From NCBI GenBank assembly GCA_030704615.1, contig CM060734.1, positions 61,504,001 to 61,568,000 on the forward strand: 64,000 nt of DNA, read 5' to 3'. Under the pieces are notes generated by a model that saw only the letters and a program-made list of their open reading frames with translations, searched no databases and had not been told where the DNA came from. Below, in pieces: positions 26,725 through 39,884 of this stretch; position 1 is the stretch's first letter, and each line of letters opens with the position of its first letter. The position numbers and the translations under genes were made by a program. This DNA is from Takakia lepidozioides (Eukaryota > Plantae > Bryophyta).

Positions 26725-26990
26725 TTCTCGTTCAGGAAGTTGAACAGCTATGGTTTGAGAAGGAACTCCCTCTTGGTGATGGTCTCGAGGGCCTGGTCGA
26801 CAACAGTGAGGCCTGGCCATGCTGTCAGCCACCTCTCCTGCAATTCACGACATGTCCGATTCAAAGACTGAAGCATCTGGTCCCAATCGGACACTGAGAG
26901 CAGTTTTCCGCTGCCTTTCTCAGCCATAGTGTCCGGACCCACCTTCCAACTCTAGCTTATCCAAGCATCCACAGGCCCCTACATTGCATC
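26725..26990 (-). pseudogene. Inverted duplicate of the AP5B1 5' UTR and first ~65 codons
   Basis: MAEKGSGKLLSVSDWDQMLQ...WPGLTVVDQALETITKREFLLKP*LFNFL is homologous to ~20243-20500. It has a premature stop and no further exons. Confidence 0.9.
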
Positions 26991-29802
26991 CAAGCAGCCA
27001 CAGGCCCCTACAAGCATCCACAGGCCCCTTATTCGTAAGAATTTTGCAGCATGCAGCTGGGCATGTCAGTACGTTTTTATATCCAATCTCTGTCACAGTA
27101 CAGTCTGCCCTGGATCCATCTTCCAATCACAAGACCACTAAGTAAGTGGGAGGTAATACTAAAGCGAATAGATGAAACAAGTGTATATACAACATTTCGA
27201 GACTTGACATGGAAGTTATTTTTGAGATACTACGAATGTATGTTGACTTGACATGCAGGATGTTTTCGAGAGACCAGATGACATAAGTTATGTGGTAGTT
27301 GTGCATGCGTTAGCTATTTTGCAAGTAGATGGTCGATTGGTCTTTTAGTGAGTGTAGTTAACTCACAAACAAAGAGAGAATAGAATATATTACACTTTAT
27401 TTCATAAGTGTTACTTTCATAATTTTTATATTTGTTAAATGTTACATTCTATAAATGTTAATGTGCTACAACTAACCCCTTCATAAACTGTTAATGTGTT
27501 AACCTTGTCTAAATGTTATTTTTTTCCTACCCCCGACTGTTAACATTTATCCAGGGCAGACTGTAGAGTGAGACTCTCCGAGAAAAAACAATATACAAAA
27601 GCGACACAAGAGGGTACAATAAAGACAGACAATACACAAGAGCGACACAGTGGCCTTAAGTAGTCTCTGAGTGTGCAGGAGGAATTTCCTGCTCTCTTCT
27701 TGGAATTCACGAAATTCAAGCTTGAATTCCAAGACTAGAAGAGAGCAGGAAATTTCGTTGTGCTTCGCAAATGTGAGAGGAGTGTATCCATTCAGTGCAG
27801 ACAAAGTTATTTTTCCTTGCACCTCTCAATTTTTGAGTTTATGACATGTAGATGTGCTATGAGGAACAAGTTAGTTCAGAGAAATCTTATGTGTGGGAAA
27901 AGTTGGAAGCTACCAGCTGGGATGGAGCTATAGTTGACAAATCTTGCACACCACTTGTTTTCCTCTTAAGAAGGATTCAGTAATTTTGAAAAAAAGATAT
28001 ATGTCGGAAGACGGCTAAGATCCTTATTACATTGGAAAAGGAATGATGTGAGGGAGCCAATAAAAAACGAGAGTGTAGTATCCCAGCTAGAAGTGCAATT
28101 GCATCGCCATGGCAGGTACTCAGACTTCTCGAAGCAGTGCACAGCCGCCGGGAAACCCCTTCTTTGCGACTCCTATTAGGCCCCCTCCCGTGCCACCTAC
28201 AATTGTACGCAATCTCGAAGGTTTTTGCCTCTCCAATATATGCCTTAGTTCTATACTTCAAAAGAAAAGAAAATCCAGGGATGTGATTTCTAGCATATTA
28301 TTGTTTGTTAGGCGTCTAAGTTCATTCATAGCACTTCATATCTCACTGTTTGGAATTCAAGCTTGGATTGCGCAAGGATGTGAGTCTCTTCTTTGTCAGA
28401 AGTTGAAGTTGCATTCCACGTCCTACACATTGCTTTCACATTGTTTTTTTTTTTTTTTTTTTTTTTTTCGTCACATCGTCCAATTCATTGCTCGAGTTTC
28501 TTCACTGCATGGTGAAAGAAATTAGAGCCGATGATATTGTCATGTGGTTACATACGTATGAATAAATCCATTGAGAATCCACTTTAGAGCCGAAATGTCT
28601 GTATATTGATCTGATGTTGGATAACAACCAGCACTCTAGTCGTCATCTATGTCAATTAAGGTTCGAATGACTCTCTGCCTTCTCTAGTTTCCAAAGGCGG
28701 TGCCTTCTCTGGCTCTGATTAATCGTTTCTCTTTTTGCTGACTTTGCGAAGTGATTTGCTTGTTGAAACCTCTTTCACAAGCAATTACTGTGCTAGAATC
28801 ACCACACGATCGTTTGTCATAAGATTATGAAAGCCTTCATGTCATTAATAATCAGTTATATATTTTCCACAAGATGGCAGCTCGCACAAGTTCATGAATA
28901 GGGCCAATTACAGACGTATAACTAAAGGTGATATCCAGTCAACATTGGGATTCTATGCAGAATATATTTCACGTATACATTCCGATATAGTACATCCTTA
29001 CAAAGCCAATCCATTTCCCAATGAAATTGATCACCTCCTCAATTTAACAATCTTCATTTCTCAACCTCTTTGACCTGTCTTCTTTCATCTTCACAGTTTT
29101 ATCTACTTGCAACCAACTATGCTTCATTAATTTGTTGAATCTAGATTTGAGGTTAATTCCCAAGCTTTCTTGTAGACTGCCCGTTTGCAATTTAGAGCAA
29201 GTCTAATATATATATATATATATATATAGGTTGGGTGAATGTATAGTTACTCCAGCGAGGGATGCATTTTTAGTGTTACTTACATCTTCGCGTGTTTGCT
29301 CATCCAAACAGAGTTATTGCAAACTACTTTATTTGACATATGCATTCACGAGCCAGACTTGATTCTGAGAAAACTTTGTGGCTGATAAGAGCCTCACAAT
29401 AATACCCAAACAACGAGCAGTTGAAATTAACATACATCTGCAGTTGAAAATTAGCAGTTGAAGTTAACATACATCTGTCAGCCAGAATGTGACATTTTAT
29501 TGGGTCGTTTGTTTATCTTTTTATCTTCAGTTACCTCTCTTATGTGAATTCATTTTTTATGACACTACAACATTGTTGATATGTACTATGTATCCACATG
29601 AGATGCAATTTAAGTATGATGTTCAAATAGTCTTATCTGTTTTCTTTTTGTGCCTCTTTTCCTTATATGATCCTTGCTATAATTTTTGGAGCTTAGTGAC
29701 ATTTTCATGGCTGGTCGTCCATCTCCAACTATCATCATCTTATGTTGCAGATGACCCAATTTACTCTCACCATCTCAAGCTCAAATTCAAATATGGTCGA
29801 AA

Positions 29803-31439
29803 TTAAACCTTGCGGATCAGCTTGATGGGTACTCCATTTTTTGGATAAGCAACAGGGTAATAGGTAACACCCATGTCTTCCCCCGTCATCTCCCAACTGC
29901 GTCACATATATCAACCATGTGAGAAACAATATATCCAAGTAATTCCATCATATCACTATGTAATATGTTAATAGAGCACCTGCCCCTTTCCCATATATAT
30001 TTATTACTTATTGGGCCCTGTACATACTGTATTCATCTACTTACTTTGCCTTGTACCTAGCAAATTAACAATGTATTACATGGAAACTATGTTTGTACTT
30101 TAGTTGCGAGAAGAGGAAGAAACTGAGAAGTCATATTATACCTCCAATTGGTGACTAGTCGGTGGACGAACACCAAAATCTCCAACTTAGCGAGCTCTTT
30201 ACCGGGGCACACCCTCGTACCAGTGCCGAACGGAAGGTATGTATTCGGCTTTGGTGGATTCTACACATATTTTCACGAAGACTTTTGGTTTGTTAAGAAC
30301 GCAAGAACATTGATGTTAGAATTGGGGGTTGTCTAAGTGGATCGTCCACTGTTTGTGAATGGAATCACATCTAGGGGTTAAAATCAGAGAAGACATTGAT
30401 GAGTAACATTGAGACTTGAGCTTCTGCAAGTTCACTGAGGAAATTTGCTCTTCCAACTCTCAATGCCAGATGGGCTCCTAGGGAACTATACAAACGACGG
30501 TTTAATTTAAGAGGTTTAAGAAGCACTTGTAGTCTCCTCTGGCGGCTAGTGCACCCACTGCTAATACATGAGATCTGTACACATATTGTCTCTATGTCTC
30601 TACCTGATATATGGATTGGTGTTTGTTCTTCATGCGCTTGCAATCTTGAGACTTCAAGTTCAACCAACAAATTATGAACTCAGATGTAGGAAAGATTCTA
30701 TTGACAGATTCATACATGTTATGGGAAATCCTTGAATCAAACTATGATTCAGTACTTGCACTCTTTGCTGCAAAAGGTCTCAAAGGAAGTTACCTCAAAG
30801 CGAGCAGGATTGAATGTCAATGGATCTTTGTAGTACTTGGGATCGATATGAAACTGACTGAACCAAACCAGAACCTTCCAACCCTTTGGAATGCAGTAAC
30901 CTGATACATAGCACGTAGAAAAATCAACATTCATCGAAACTACAATATCCTTCCTCATCCATTGGAGGTGTTTTCCAGGTTGGGCGGTTATTTGATTTTT
31001 TTCATAACCGGTGGTTCCGGTTGCTTCAACTTTTAGAAAACTATTAAGCTGCGGTTGCGCTTATTAATTTTTTTATGGCTAGATATAACCTGCCGGTTAC
31101 GGTTACTTGCAAAAACCTCAAATAACCGGTGGTTTTCATCAAATAACCGCGGGTATTGGGCGGTTCTTTAAGAGGTTTTCTACTCGGTTATTTGAATACG
31201 TGATCTCCGCCGGTTCCTAATTGGACCGGTTACTTCATTTTTTCACCTCCGCCGGTCATATATATATATAACCGGATAGGTAACCGCCGGGTATTAGAGA
31301 GAAATTCAAATAACCGCCCAACACTGGTGATTTCTGTCTTATGGCCTTTCTGGGCTTTTTTCTTTGAAAAGGGAAGGAAGCCCTTGGAGCTTTATTTCCT
31401 TTTATCAATAAAAACTAAGTGGCACATGCCTTCGCAAAG

Positions 31440-31472
<33 letters not shown>

Positions 31473-34152
31473 AAAAGCCTACATTCATGGCTCTTTCTGT
31501 CCATACAAAAATGCTTCTACTGGACCATCGGAGTTAGATACCTCATTTTTCTAATTAACATAATTAAATTTACAGACAATATATGCAACGTATTTGCAGA
31601 AATCACCCATTCCATACTAAATAATGCCATTAGCCTATTCACAACATACCATCGTATTTCATATCTTGCAAAGTTTCCCGCCAAGTGAAGGGTATTACAT
31701 TTGCAACCCTTAGTGTCTCTAGAATCAACTGCATAACAAATGTCACGGTAAATCAAACAACACCCAAACAAATCAATTCCTTAAATCGAACCTTTATATT
31801 CCAGCGGTACTCTATATGTTTTGTAATAGATTCTACAAACACACAAGAAAAAAGATTAACACATCCGACGGTGTTGGTTATTCTCTATACCTCGACTTAC
31901 CCGTAAGGTGTATGGCATGGCCTTGATGTCATTCCAATCCAAAAAATAGTCTTCATTGGCTTTCATAGACCTCACTTTGAATTGTTCTTCCTGACATTAA
32001 CAACAGATAAATTTAAATGATAGGTCGTAGATGGTTCGAAGGATATGTGGATTATATCCTCGAATGCAACACTAGAACGACAAATATCAATCAGCTCCGA
32101 TTCCACATTCAAGCAAAACAGACTTAAGAAATGGATCGATACCTAGTTCAATTATGCCTCTAAGACAATCTCTCAATGAAATGCAAAGTTCCACCTACAA
32201 CTACAAAATAAAAAGATCATGGCCATGACATTTCCAATGCATACCCACCTTGACTTGCTTCAAAACCTCGGGATTCTCCGACAAATTTTTTATCGTCCAC
32301 ACAAGAACATTTGCTGTCGTATCATGGGCACCAAAAATCACGCCAATGGTGGCGTCGATGATTTGAGCATCGGTCAGCTTACGTCCACCATCACCACCAT
32401 TTACGAAAGAACCTATAATATCATCGTGGGCTTCCATCCCTTCCTTTCGCCGAGCTATAATGTTACCCAAAATTTGACATACCTTTGTCCTTCCCTATAA
32501 AAATAAATGTTGTAAGTGGAAGAACAATTCTTGTTTAACAACAGACTCAAGCAATAAATCAAATTCAAACTAAAACGACAGAAGTAGAAGTTTTGTTTTT
32601 TTTTTCAAACAATTCTAGTAAGTCGTGCGGAGATTAATTTTTTTTCTGTATAAAAAAGGATTATAGTGGAAGATAGCTTACCTTTAGCGCCCGACTGTAG
32701 GCAGTGCCAGGTATATTAATGGCAAGAGACATTAGTCCTTTCTCCATCATTTCAAAAGAACTCCACAACTCCTCAACTTCGTGACCAGTTGGATTACAGG
32801 CCAATGCCAAACCAACTCGAAAAGCATACTGCCAAAACAATTCACATATATTAGCATTGAGAGCAAAATACAACATTCATGTTATAAAAATGATAGGGTT
32901 AATTTTTTCCCCTCCTTAAGGGCCTGGATTGTGAGTAGTCGCTCCTAGGTTTCCTTTTGAAAAATAAATAAATAAAAATGATAGTACTTGATCTATGAAA
33001 TCAAGCTCACAATTGTTCTGACCTATCATCGTGTTCAATGAGCTAAAAATTATGAAAATGTGCATTGGTTCACATTTTCAGAATTGCTCGCTCTAACTTT
33101 GGTGAGATAAAGTTGCAATGAAATTTATGTAAATAGTAGGGATCTCGAGCCAGTATGAAGCTGTCAAATGCAACTCATACAGTTGAACGAGAGTGGGTAT
33201 AATCTTTCATTTCATACTTTCATTGCCACTGTACGGGAGTTGATCAACTCTCCAAATTTCCATGAGGAGATGATATCTTTTGCAAAACTGTCTATCCAAG
33301 AGACACGATCTTTCAGTGACTCTGGAAGAATCGGGGCTTGTATCATCTTTCGCATGGTTTGATGTAGAGCTCCATGGACATTTGTTACATTCTCCGGACC
33401 TATAATTTTCTTGAAGGATGGCATGTAGTCGATGCGAAAATTCTTCTGCTCTGTCACTAGAACAAATTTCGCTGCCTCCGGGGTAGAAACCGAAATGCTC
33501 TTCTTGCCGAACAGTTTCATTTTGAACGTTTCTCCGTAACTTAATGTCACATGTCATTGATCACAACCCAAAATACAAGGTAAGTGATTCCCTTGGCAGC
33601 TTGGAGCATGCCTAATATATATAGAAAACTTGGTTGGTCTTTAAGAGAAAGTAGTGAAGTAAACAAGTCATATCTAATGAAAGAGCCCTCACAAAAAGTG
33701 TTTGCAAACTAACTAGTCCAATTATCAAGTAGACACTTTAAAGTTTGTCATAGTGGAAAAACAGTGTCGAACTAAATGTAAAAAACAAACCAAGCCTGAT
33801 GATATGATTTTATTAGACCTACTGCTAGCTAGATCATCAATCTAGAATTGCAACAGAGGTGTATGAAATCCAACCAACTGTAGCGTTTTTTATAGAATTC
33901 GTCGGGGCTGCTTTTCATAAACTCCAAGTTTTGTAATAATTGAGGGCGATTCAAGTCTCCCGGAGGAGTATGGACATCTTCTGAGTTGCTCTTATCTGTA
34001 ATCCTACTTCTCATGAAGAGGACGACCAATGAACCAAATAACAAAACACTAACAAGAAACAATTGGGTGATAAAACCAAGTCCATAGGTGTCTTGCAAGC
34101 CTTGTGGAAGGAAGATGAGTCCTTTCGAAGTGCCCCAAAAGTTGTAAGACAT
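29803..34152 (-). CDS. Cytochrome P450, CYP85 clan (CYP707/CYP88-like); exons ~33876-34152, 33218-33539, 32682-32828, 32249-32494, 31901-31990, 31650-31728, 30794-30900, 30142-30260, 29803-29896
   Basis: TM anchor plus PPG, I-helix IGVIFGAHDTTA, ETLR, FNPARF, heme motif PFGTGTRVCPG. Exon sizes 322/147/246/90/79/107/119 fit the conserved CYP85-clan intron pattern. The exon-1 donor site is weak or uncertain. Confidence 0.9.
30976..31326. mobile_element. hAT-type MITE in a P450 intron
   Basis: TIRs CAG(T)GTTGGGCGGTTATTTGA / TCAAATAACCGCCCAACACTG. Near-perfect 8-bp TSD GTGTTTTC / GTGATTTC. Internal ACCGG/CGGTT subterminal motifs. Confidence 0.8.
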
Positions 34153-34567
34153 GTTGATAATTAGAACACCGAATGTGAGGCAATGATGATGCTCCCAAGT
34201 GACGCTTGAAATCAATACATGCAGGAGTTATGGAGACTGCGGTCTCTAGATCCGCTCCTAGTCTACTAATTTAATGAGACCGTGCAACCAAAAAGAAAAG
34301 ACATTGAGAGGGATGCATGCAATAAGACCGAAAAGAATTGGGATATCTCTTCGTTAATATCGTTTCTTTATGAAGCATAATAGTCAACCACGAGTACAAG
34401 AGCAATACAACAAAGTATAATGCACAATGTCGATTACACTCTATGTAATGCATACCTCCGACATTACCGTATCTTTTACCTCCAAGATCTTTTCCTTCAC
34501 TAGTCCCATTTCTTTTTATCATCAAAAGAAACGATGAAAGGAAAAAAAAACATCCCATTTCTTTGCG

Positions 34568-34683
34568 TAGAGGAAGACCCTCGTGTCGGGCGCCGCTTGA
34601 ATTTTATGCCCTACGGCCTTGGCCACGCCCTCGGCCCTGGGCATAAAATTCAATGAGTGCCCTCTACTCGGGGCCTTCCTCTA
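34568..34683. repeat. Imperfect ~50-bp-arm inverted repeat (hairpin) upstream of the P450
   Basis: TAGAGGAAG...TTGAATTTTATGCCC pairs with GGGCATAAAATTCAA...CTTCCTCTA. Confidence 0.7.
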
Positions 34684-34897
34684 TAACAAACACACACTTT
34701 TTACTGGAATGTCCTCTAGGCGTTATGCTCTATTGTCTATTTGGAGCTATGTCATTTTTGTACTACTTCTAGAGTCCAACATTGATTGTATCGCATCTGA
34801 ATGATTTCAATATCATTTAGTTTCTCGTTAGATTAACATTGTCTCCATTTTCTATGCATCAATTGAGACCCAGTAAAAACGTGCTCTAACTTAGAGT

Positions 34898-34899
<2 letters not shown>

Positions 34900-34970
<71 letters not shown>
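34900..34970. repeat. (CT)n microsatellite
   Basis: About 35 uninterrupted CT units. Confidence 0.95.
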
Positions 34971-34975
<5 letters not shown>

Positions 34976-36039
34976 GGAGAAGACTACACTTCTCTAACGA
35001 GTTGAATGCAAATGTGGGGAGCCTTGCCGGTCTGGTCGCCGAGGATGATGGCCGTATCGGCGATGTTCCACTTAGCCGCGCTGTCAAATTCCCCCCCCCC
35101 CCCCCCCCCCCTTCCCTCTCACAAGCAAGGATATATATTGAAGAACAAAACATTTAGAGATTAAAGGATAGTTAAAAGTCTTGGTCGGTAGTGCGATGGC
35201 TAGTTGTGATGCAACATAATGATGAGGTGTGAGGTTCAAACTGTGACGAATCAACATAATGATTGTCGTATTTATAGGTTATTGATGTATGTTGTCAATC
35301 TCCAAAATAATTGTAAGTCCAATATCCCCCCTCCGCTCCCATGTTCCCAATATCCGCTCCCCTGCTCCCTTTGTTCCTAGTCTCGCTCCCCTGCCCTGGT
35401 CTTCGCTCCCCGATTCCGGTCGCCCTTCTTCGCCCTTTGGAATCAGGCCTGCTCCCCATGTTCCTAGTCCCCGCTCCCCTTCTTGCTCCGCTATCCCACT
35501 ATGGGGAGCAAGGATCGGGAAGCAGGAACAAGGGAGCAAAATCGGAGAATGTTTGGGAACATGGTCGTGAAGACGGGGAGCATGAGGAGGGAATTGGAGG
35601 TCTGCATTGTGGAGCACTCCCCACCTTCCTAATGCGGGATAGATTTGATCGGCCATCTCATGGAGTCTCCGGCCAGCAGGCCCCACCACCTCACACGCCT
35701 GCCTTAAACTCGTTGGGTTAGCTTAGTCCTCGCCGTAAAAAATACAACTTAATTATAAGTGGGGCCTTAATTAACTAGTCAATAAATTGACCACTAACTA
35801 AGCTGGAATGTCTAACTAAATTTGTAAGCGGCCCTTCCTCCCAACGGAGATAGCTAGAGTTAGAGTGGTGGAGCGACTACATGCATGAATTCCTACAGTA
35901 AGGGCCAACTTCCATGTATCGCAGGCCAAGTTGGCACTAGATGACAAAAATGACTACTTGCTTCCATGCGTTATTTTTAGCCGGCGCCCAGATATGAGTG
36001 ACCTACATCAGTGAGCACAATACATGGTGAATTTATTTC

Positions 36040-36526
36040 TTATTATTATGCATCATGACATTTAATATCTATTCTAGAAGGTGAATGAAATCATAAATAT
36101 CTACATTGAATCGGAGAACACTATGAATAATGTAAGAACTAAATGCACCCGTGCAATCTACGGTTTTCGGCATATCAAGTTTTCTCCACCCTCTCTTGAG
36201 AGTGATATGGAACTGAAGGGAGTATAACTCCAATTGGGGTGACACTAGGTTACATAGGAGGCCCGAGGGACTGTATGCATCAATATGATGAATTTATTAT
36301 TATGCATCATGACATTTAATATCTATTCTAGAAGGTGAATGAAATCATAAATATCTACATTGAATCGGAGAACACTATGAATAATGTAAGAACTAAATGC
36401 ACCCGTGCAATCTACAGTTTTCGGCATATCAAGTTTTCTCCACCCTCTCTTGAGAGTGAAATGGAACTGAAGGGAGTATAACTCCAATTGGGGTGACACT
36501 AGGTTACATAGGAGGCCCGAGGGACT
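36040..36526 (+). repeat. Near-perfect tandem duplication, period ~254 bp, followed by short GGGTTACA repeats
   Basis: CATCATGACATTTAATATCTATTCTAGAAGG... at 36051 and 36305. Both copies end GGCCCGAGGGACT. Confidence 0.85.
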
Positions 36527-36855
36527 CTACACTCCACTTGGGATTACATTGGGTTAGACAGCGAGGAGTGTAGCTTCACTTGGGGTTACACCGGGTTACA
36601 TGGTGGAGAATGTAACTCACTTGGGGTTATAGTGGGTTACATGGAATGGAGTGTAACTTCATTCCGTGTAACTCACACTTCGTCTCAAAATTTGACTAAG
36701 TCCAAATTTGGCTAAGTATAAAATAGACTAGGAAGAGCTACACAAGACAATGGCAGGGTTGCACCAACCTGGGGTTACACTAGCTAGAGTTACACAAACC
36801 CAGGGTTATATTAAACACCAATCAAGAATCAAACTCCACACCTTATTGTCTATAC

Positions 36856-38263
36856 CGGTGTTGGGCGGGTATTACTTTTTTCTAATACAAGCCGGGTCCT
36901 GGTATCGAAAAGAAATTAACCTTCAATACCAGCTGGTTCCATTGTATTGGAAGATTCATTTAATTTTAATATCCGTCGGTTTTCAAGAGTAATATAATTT
37001 TTGATTTGTGGACGGGTATCGGATGGGTATTCCAATCTAATACCAGCCGGTTATCAACCCGGATATAAATAATTAATATTAAAATAAAAATAAATCATCA
37101 ATATGTCTTTAATTGAACTTAGAAGCTGATTTCACAAATTGTTATGTTGAAAAATTCAAACTTTGCATTACAATAACGTTGTAGATTTTAGTATGCAAAG
37201 TGAAGCAAGATTAGTTAAAAGAAGATTGATTGCAACCCTCATCGTCAAATAAACCAGCATCTGCAATGAGGTCCTGGTATTGAAAATGAAGAATAGGGGC
37301 AAGCCCACCCTACATTGCTAGAAAATGAAGAATAGTGGCGAGCACTTGGGGCTGGACATGCCCTGGCCCTGAGATGTGCACCCGCCCAATTTCATATCTA
37401 TGCCATGTGCATAGTCTTGTTTTTCCCCATAATACGGGTATTAGACGGGGTATTGCCTTTGGCAATACCAGCCGGTCCTGTTATTAACCCTAGTATTGGA
37501 ATTGCCAATACCAGCCGGTTCGGGTATTAACCAGTGTTGGACTGGTATCATATTTTGAACACACCAGGCTGGTACTGGGCCTCCGGCCAATTTTGATACT
37601 AGGGAGATACCGGTATTGGCAGAAATCTGAGATTTGGATAGCATGGTGGTATCAATAATACAGATTGGTGTGGTATTTTACGGGTATCAATAGCAAGAGT
37701 TTTAGAAATCGATACCAGGGTATTATCAATACTGGCCTGGTATTAAAAAAACTCGTGATATGTTAATATAATATTGACAGGCCCACTTCTCATATAAATG
37801 TGCACAAGCATGCTTCTCATTGATTTTATCCAGCCTCGCGTATTTCATCTGACGGCATAGTCAGAGATCACACCCCAAGACCTGATTTATATTTTGCTTA
37901 TTGAAAGCTGCATCCATATCGTGCATAGTGTATACTACATCGTCGATATTGATACCTAGGATTTCCTCATAAAAATGGATCTGGTAGTGGTACCAGGTAC
38001 CAGATTTTCAACCACCTACGAGACTGGAGGACCGTATTGTCCACAATATTAGGAAGCAAACACTAGGCCAATACGGGTATCATGCTAGGTAGTGGCCTGT
38101 ACTTCATACCGGTATACATACCAGTATTGATACCAACTTCTTATCGGTCTACCAGTCCAACACTGGTATTAACTCTAGTATTATAATAGTCAATACCAGC
38201 TGGGTCAGTTATTCAATACCCTAGTTGATACCCGGCCAGACCCTATATACCAGTCCAACACTG
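36856..38263. mobile_element. Non-autonomous hAT element
   Basis: Ends CGGTGTTGGGCGGGTAT / ATACCAGTCCAACACTG with perfect TSD GTCTATAC (36848-36855, 38264-38271). Many GGTAT/ATACC subterminal motifs. Confidence 0.85.
37532..38165. mobile_element. hAT MITE nested inside the previous element
   Basis: TIRs CAGTGTTGGACTGGTA / TACCAGTCCAACACTG with perfect TSD GTATTAAC (37524-37531, 38166-38173). Confidence 0.88.
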
Positions 38264-39520
38264 GTCTATACTGCCATCACCTTACCAGTAGGCTACTTAC
38301 TGCTGCTGAACAACCATCTGCACTCTAATATATTAGGATGATGCGTTGTTTCGCACTGATGCTTGGGACGATTTCTGGGAACAATGTTCAAAGTTCAACG
38401 TTTATTTCATATTGATTGGAAATATATTTTACGCAAAAAACAATAGAAAGAATAATATAAATAGAACTTAATGCAACCATGCGATCAACAGGTTGCGATG
38501 CATCCCCTCGCAGCTCCACTATTCGGTTGCGCCTCATCTACCCGCAACAACGGATTTCGGGCAGAAATACCTGGAGCTGATCATATCATCTCCAACCTGC
38601 AACACGTCGGCTTCCCATGCGTAGCCCACATTCCTGCAGCTCGTTAACTCGGCCTGCAATTGAAGAAGACGACCACCAGTTCGCCCACTCGTGGGCAGCA
38701 TCTCCTCCGCTTCACACTAGAAGCCCAAATTTGGTTGTCATAGCGTTGAGCTATGCAACACTGACTGCCTCTCTATCCATTGCAAACCTGCAACCTGTTC
38801 ATCTTCGCACTCTATCCGCTTTGGATAGGCTCATGCACGGATCCCTGCACTCTAGGCTGAACCATTTTTCATGATTTGAAAACACAAGTGCTACAACTAA
38901 CTCGAACCTGGCACTCACAGACTCGAGCTGATCTTTCTCGAGTGATAAATAAGAAGGATACAAACACACAAACTCTCTCAAACTCACACACTTGCACATG
39001 AAAACATCACTCATATATTAAGTCGAGCCAAGTGCACCCCACGCCATGGGGACGTTATAGCTAGACGCGGTGAGGCTCAATTCAAGAAAGATGAGCCCAC
39101 CGTGATCTGCCGTGAAGATAACAACGCCATGTGCCCAAACATATATCGGCCCTTGGATTGAAACTTGGGTCAATCCCAAATGTCAATATATCAAAACTAA
39201 CTATTTCCTAGCTAGTTTCAAACTAGTGGTAAAATAACTTGACATCTGATTATAGGCCAAGAAGGAGGATGAGTCTTTTCTATCCAAGCCATTGGCTAGT
39301 GATAACACTCAGGATTTTGTGAAGACTTCTTTTAGGATCAACAACCGGGTTTTTGAGAATGTTTGATTTTCTTTTGTGTGAAGTTGTACAAATTTCTGAT
39401 TAAGCCGAAAATTGGTAGCACGACAAATCTCCCATCAGAACATCGTGCGGTTCTGCAGGGGAAAGTTTTGAGGAGGCTTCACGCATGGAAAATTTGTACC
39501 CTCGGACATTTTGTGTCGGG

Positions 39521-39884
39521 TGTCATGGTTTTAGTCATGGTTATCTAGAATTACCTACTTCTAGTTAACTAGGACATTTTAGATATTTATATTTATATTT
39601 TGTGTGTTGGGACTTCATTTGGTCTCACATGCCAAGTGAGGTGTCGAGCCTCACTTGGGACATGGGATAGGTTTTCCCCTTGTGAGGATGGAGGAGGCTC
39701 ATCTTCTTGTAGTTGAGCCTCCATGAGCCTGTCTCGCCTCCATAGCTCTAGGTATTGAGAGAGAGTGTGGTGAGGGCTTTGTAGGATGGATTCTCTTAGC
39801 AAGGGTGCCCTTGGCTTGACTTACTTTATGTGATTGAGTGGATTCATGAGTGGAGGGTTTCCATTATGTTCACTTTCATTATAA
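39521..39884 (+). repeat. Terminal repeat (LTR segment B) of Gypsy copy A
   Basis: Starts TGTCATGGTTTTAGTCATGG. Homologous to 52809-53174 and 62496-62861. Confidence 0.9.

Noticed and set aside
27977-28525. ORFs downstream of the P450 as a possible last exon or separate gene
   Set aside because: The real terminal exon is 29803-29896, and these ORFs have no recognisable motifs.
30372-30381. AGGGGTTAA as the missing second piggyBac end
   Set aside because: The match to the 1806 terminus does not extend beyond a few bases, and it lies in a P450 intron 28 kb away.
39593-39802. Recurrent small ORF QYLELWRWERLMEAQLQEDEP (also 52882-53070, 62569-62757)
   Set aside because: Recurrence is explained by its lying antisense within the LTR repeat; no evidence of coding.
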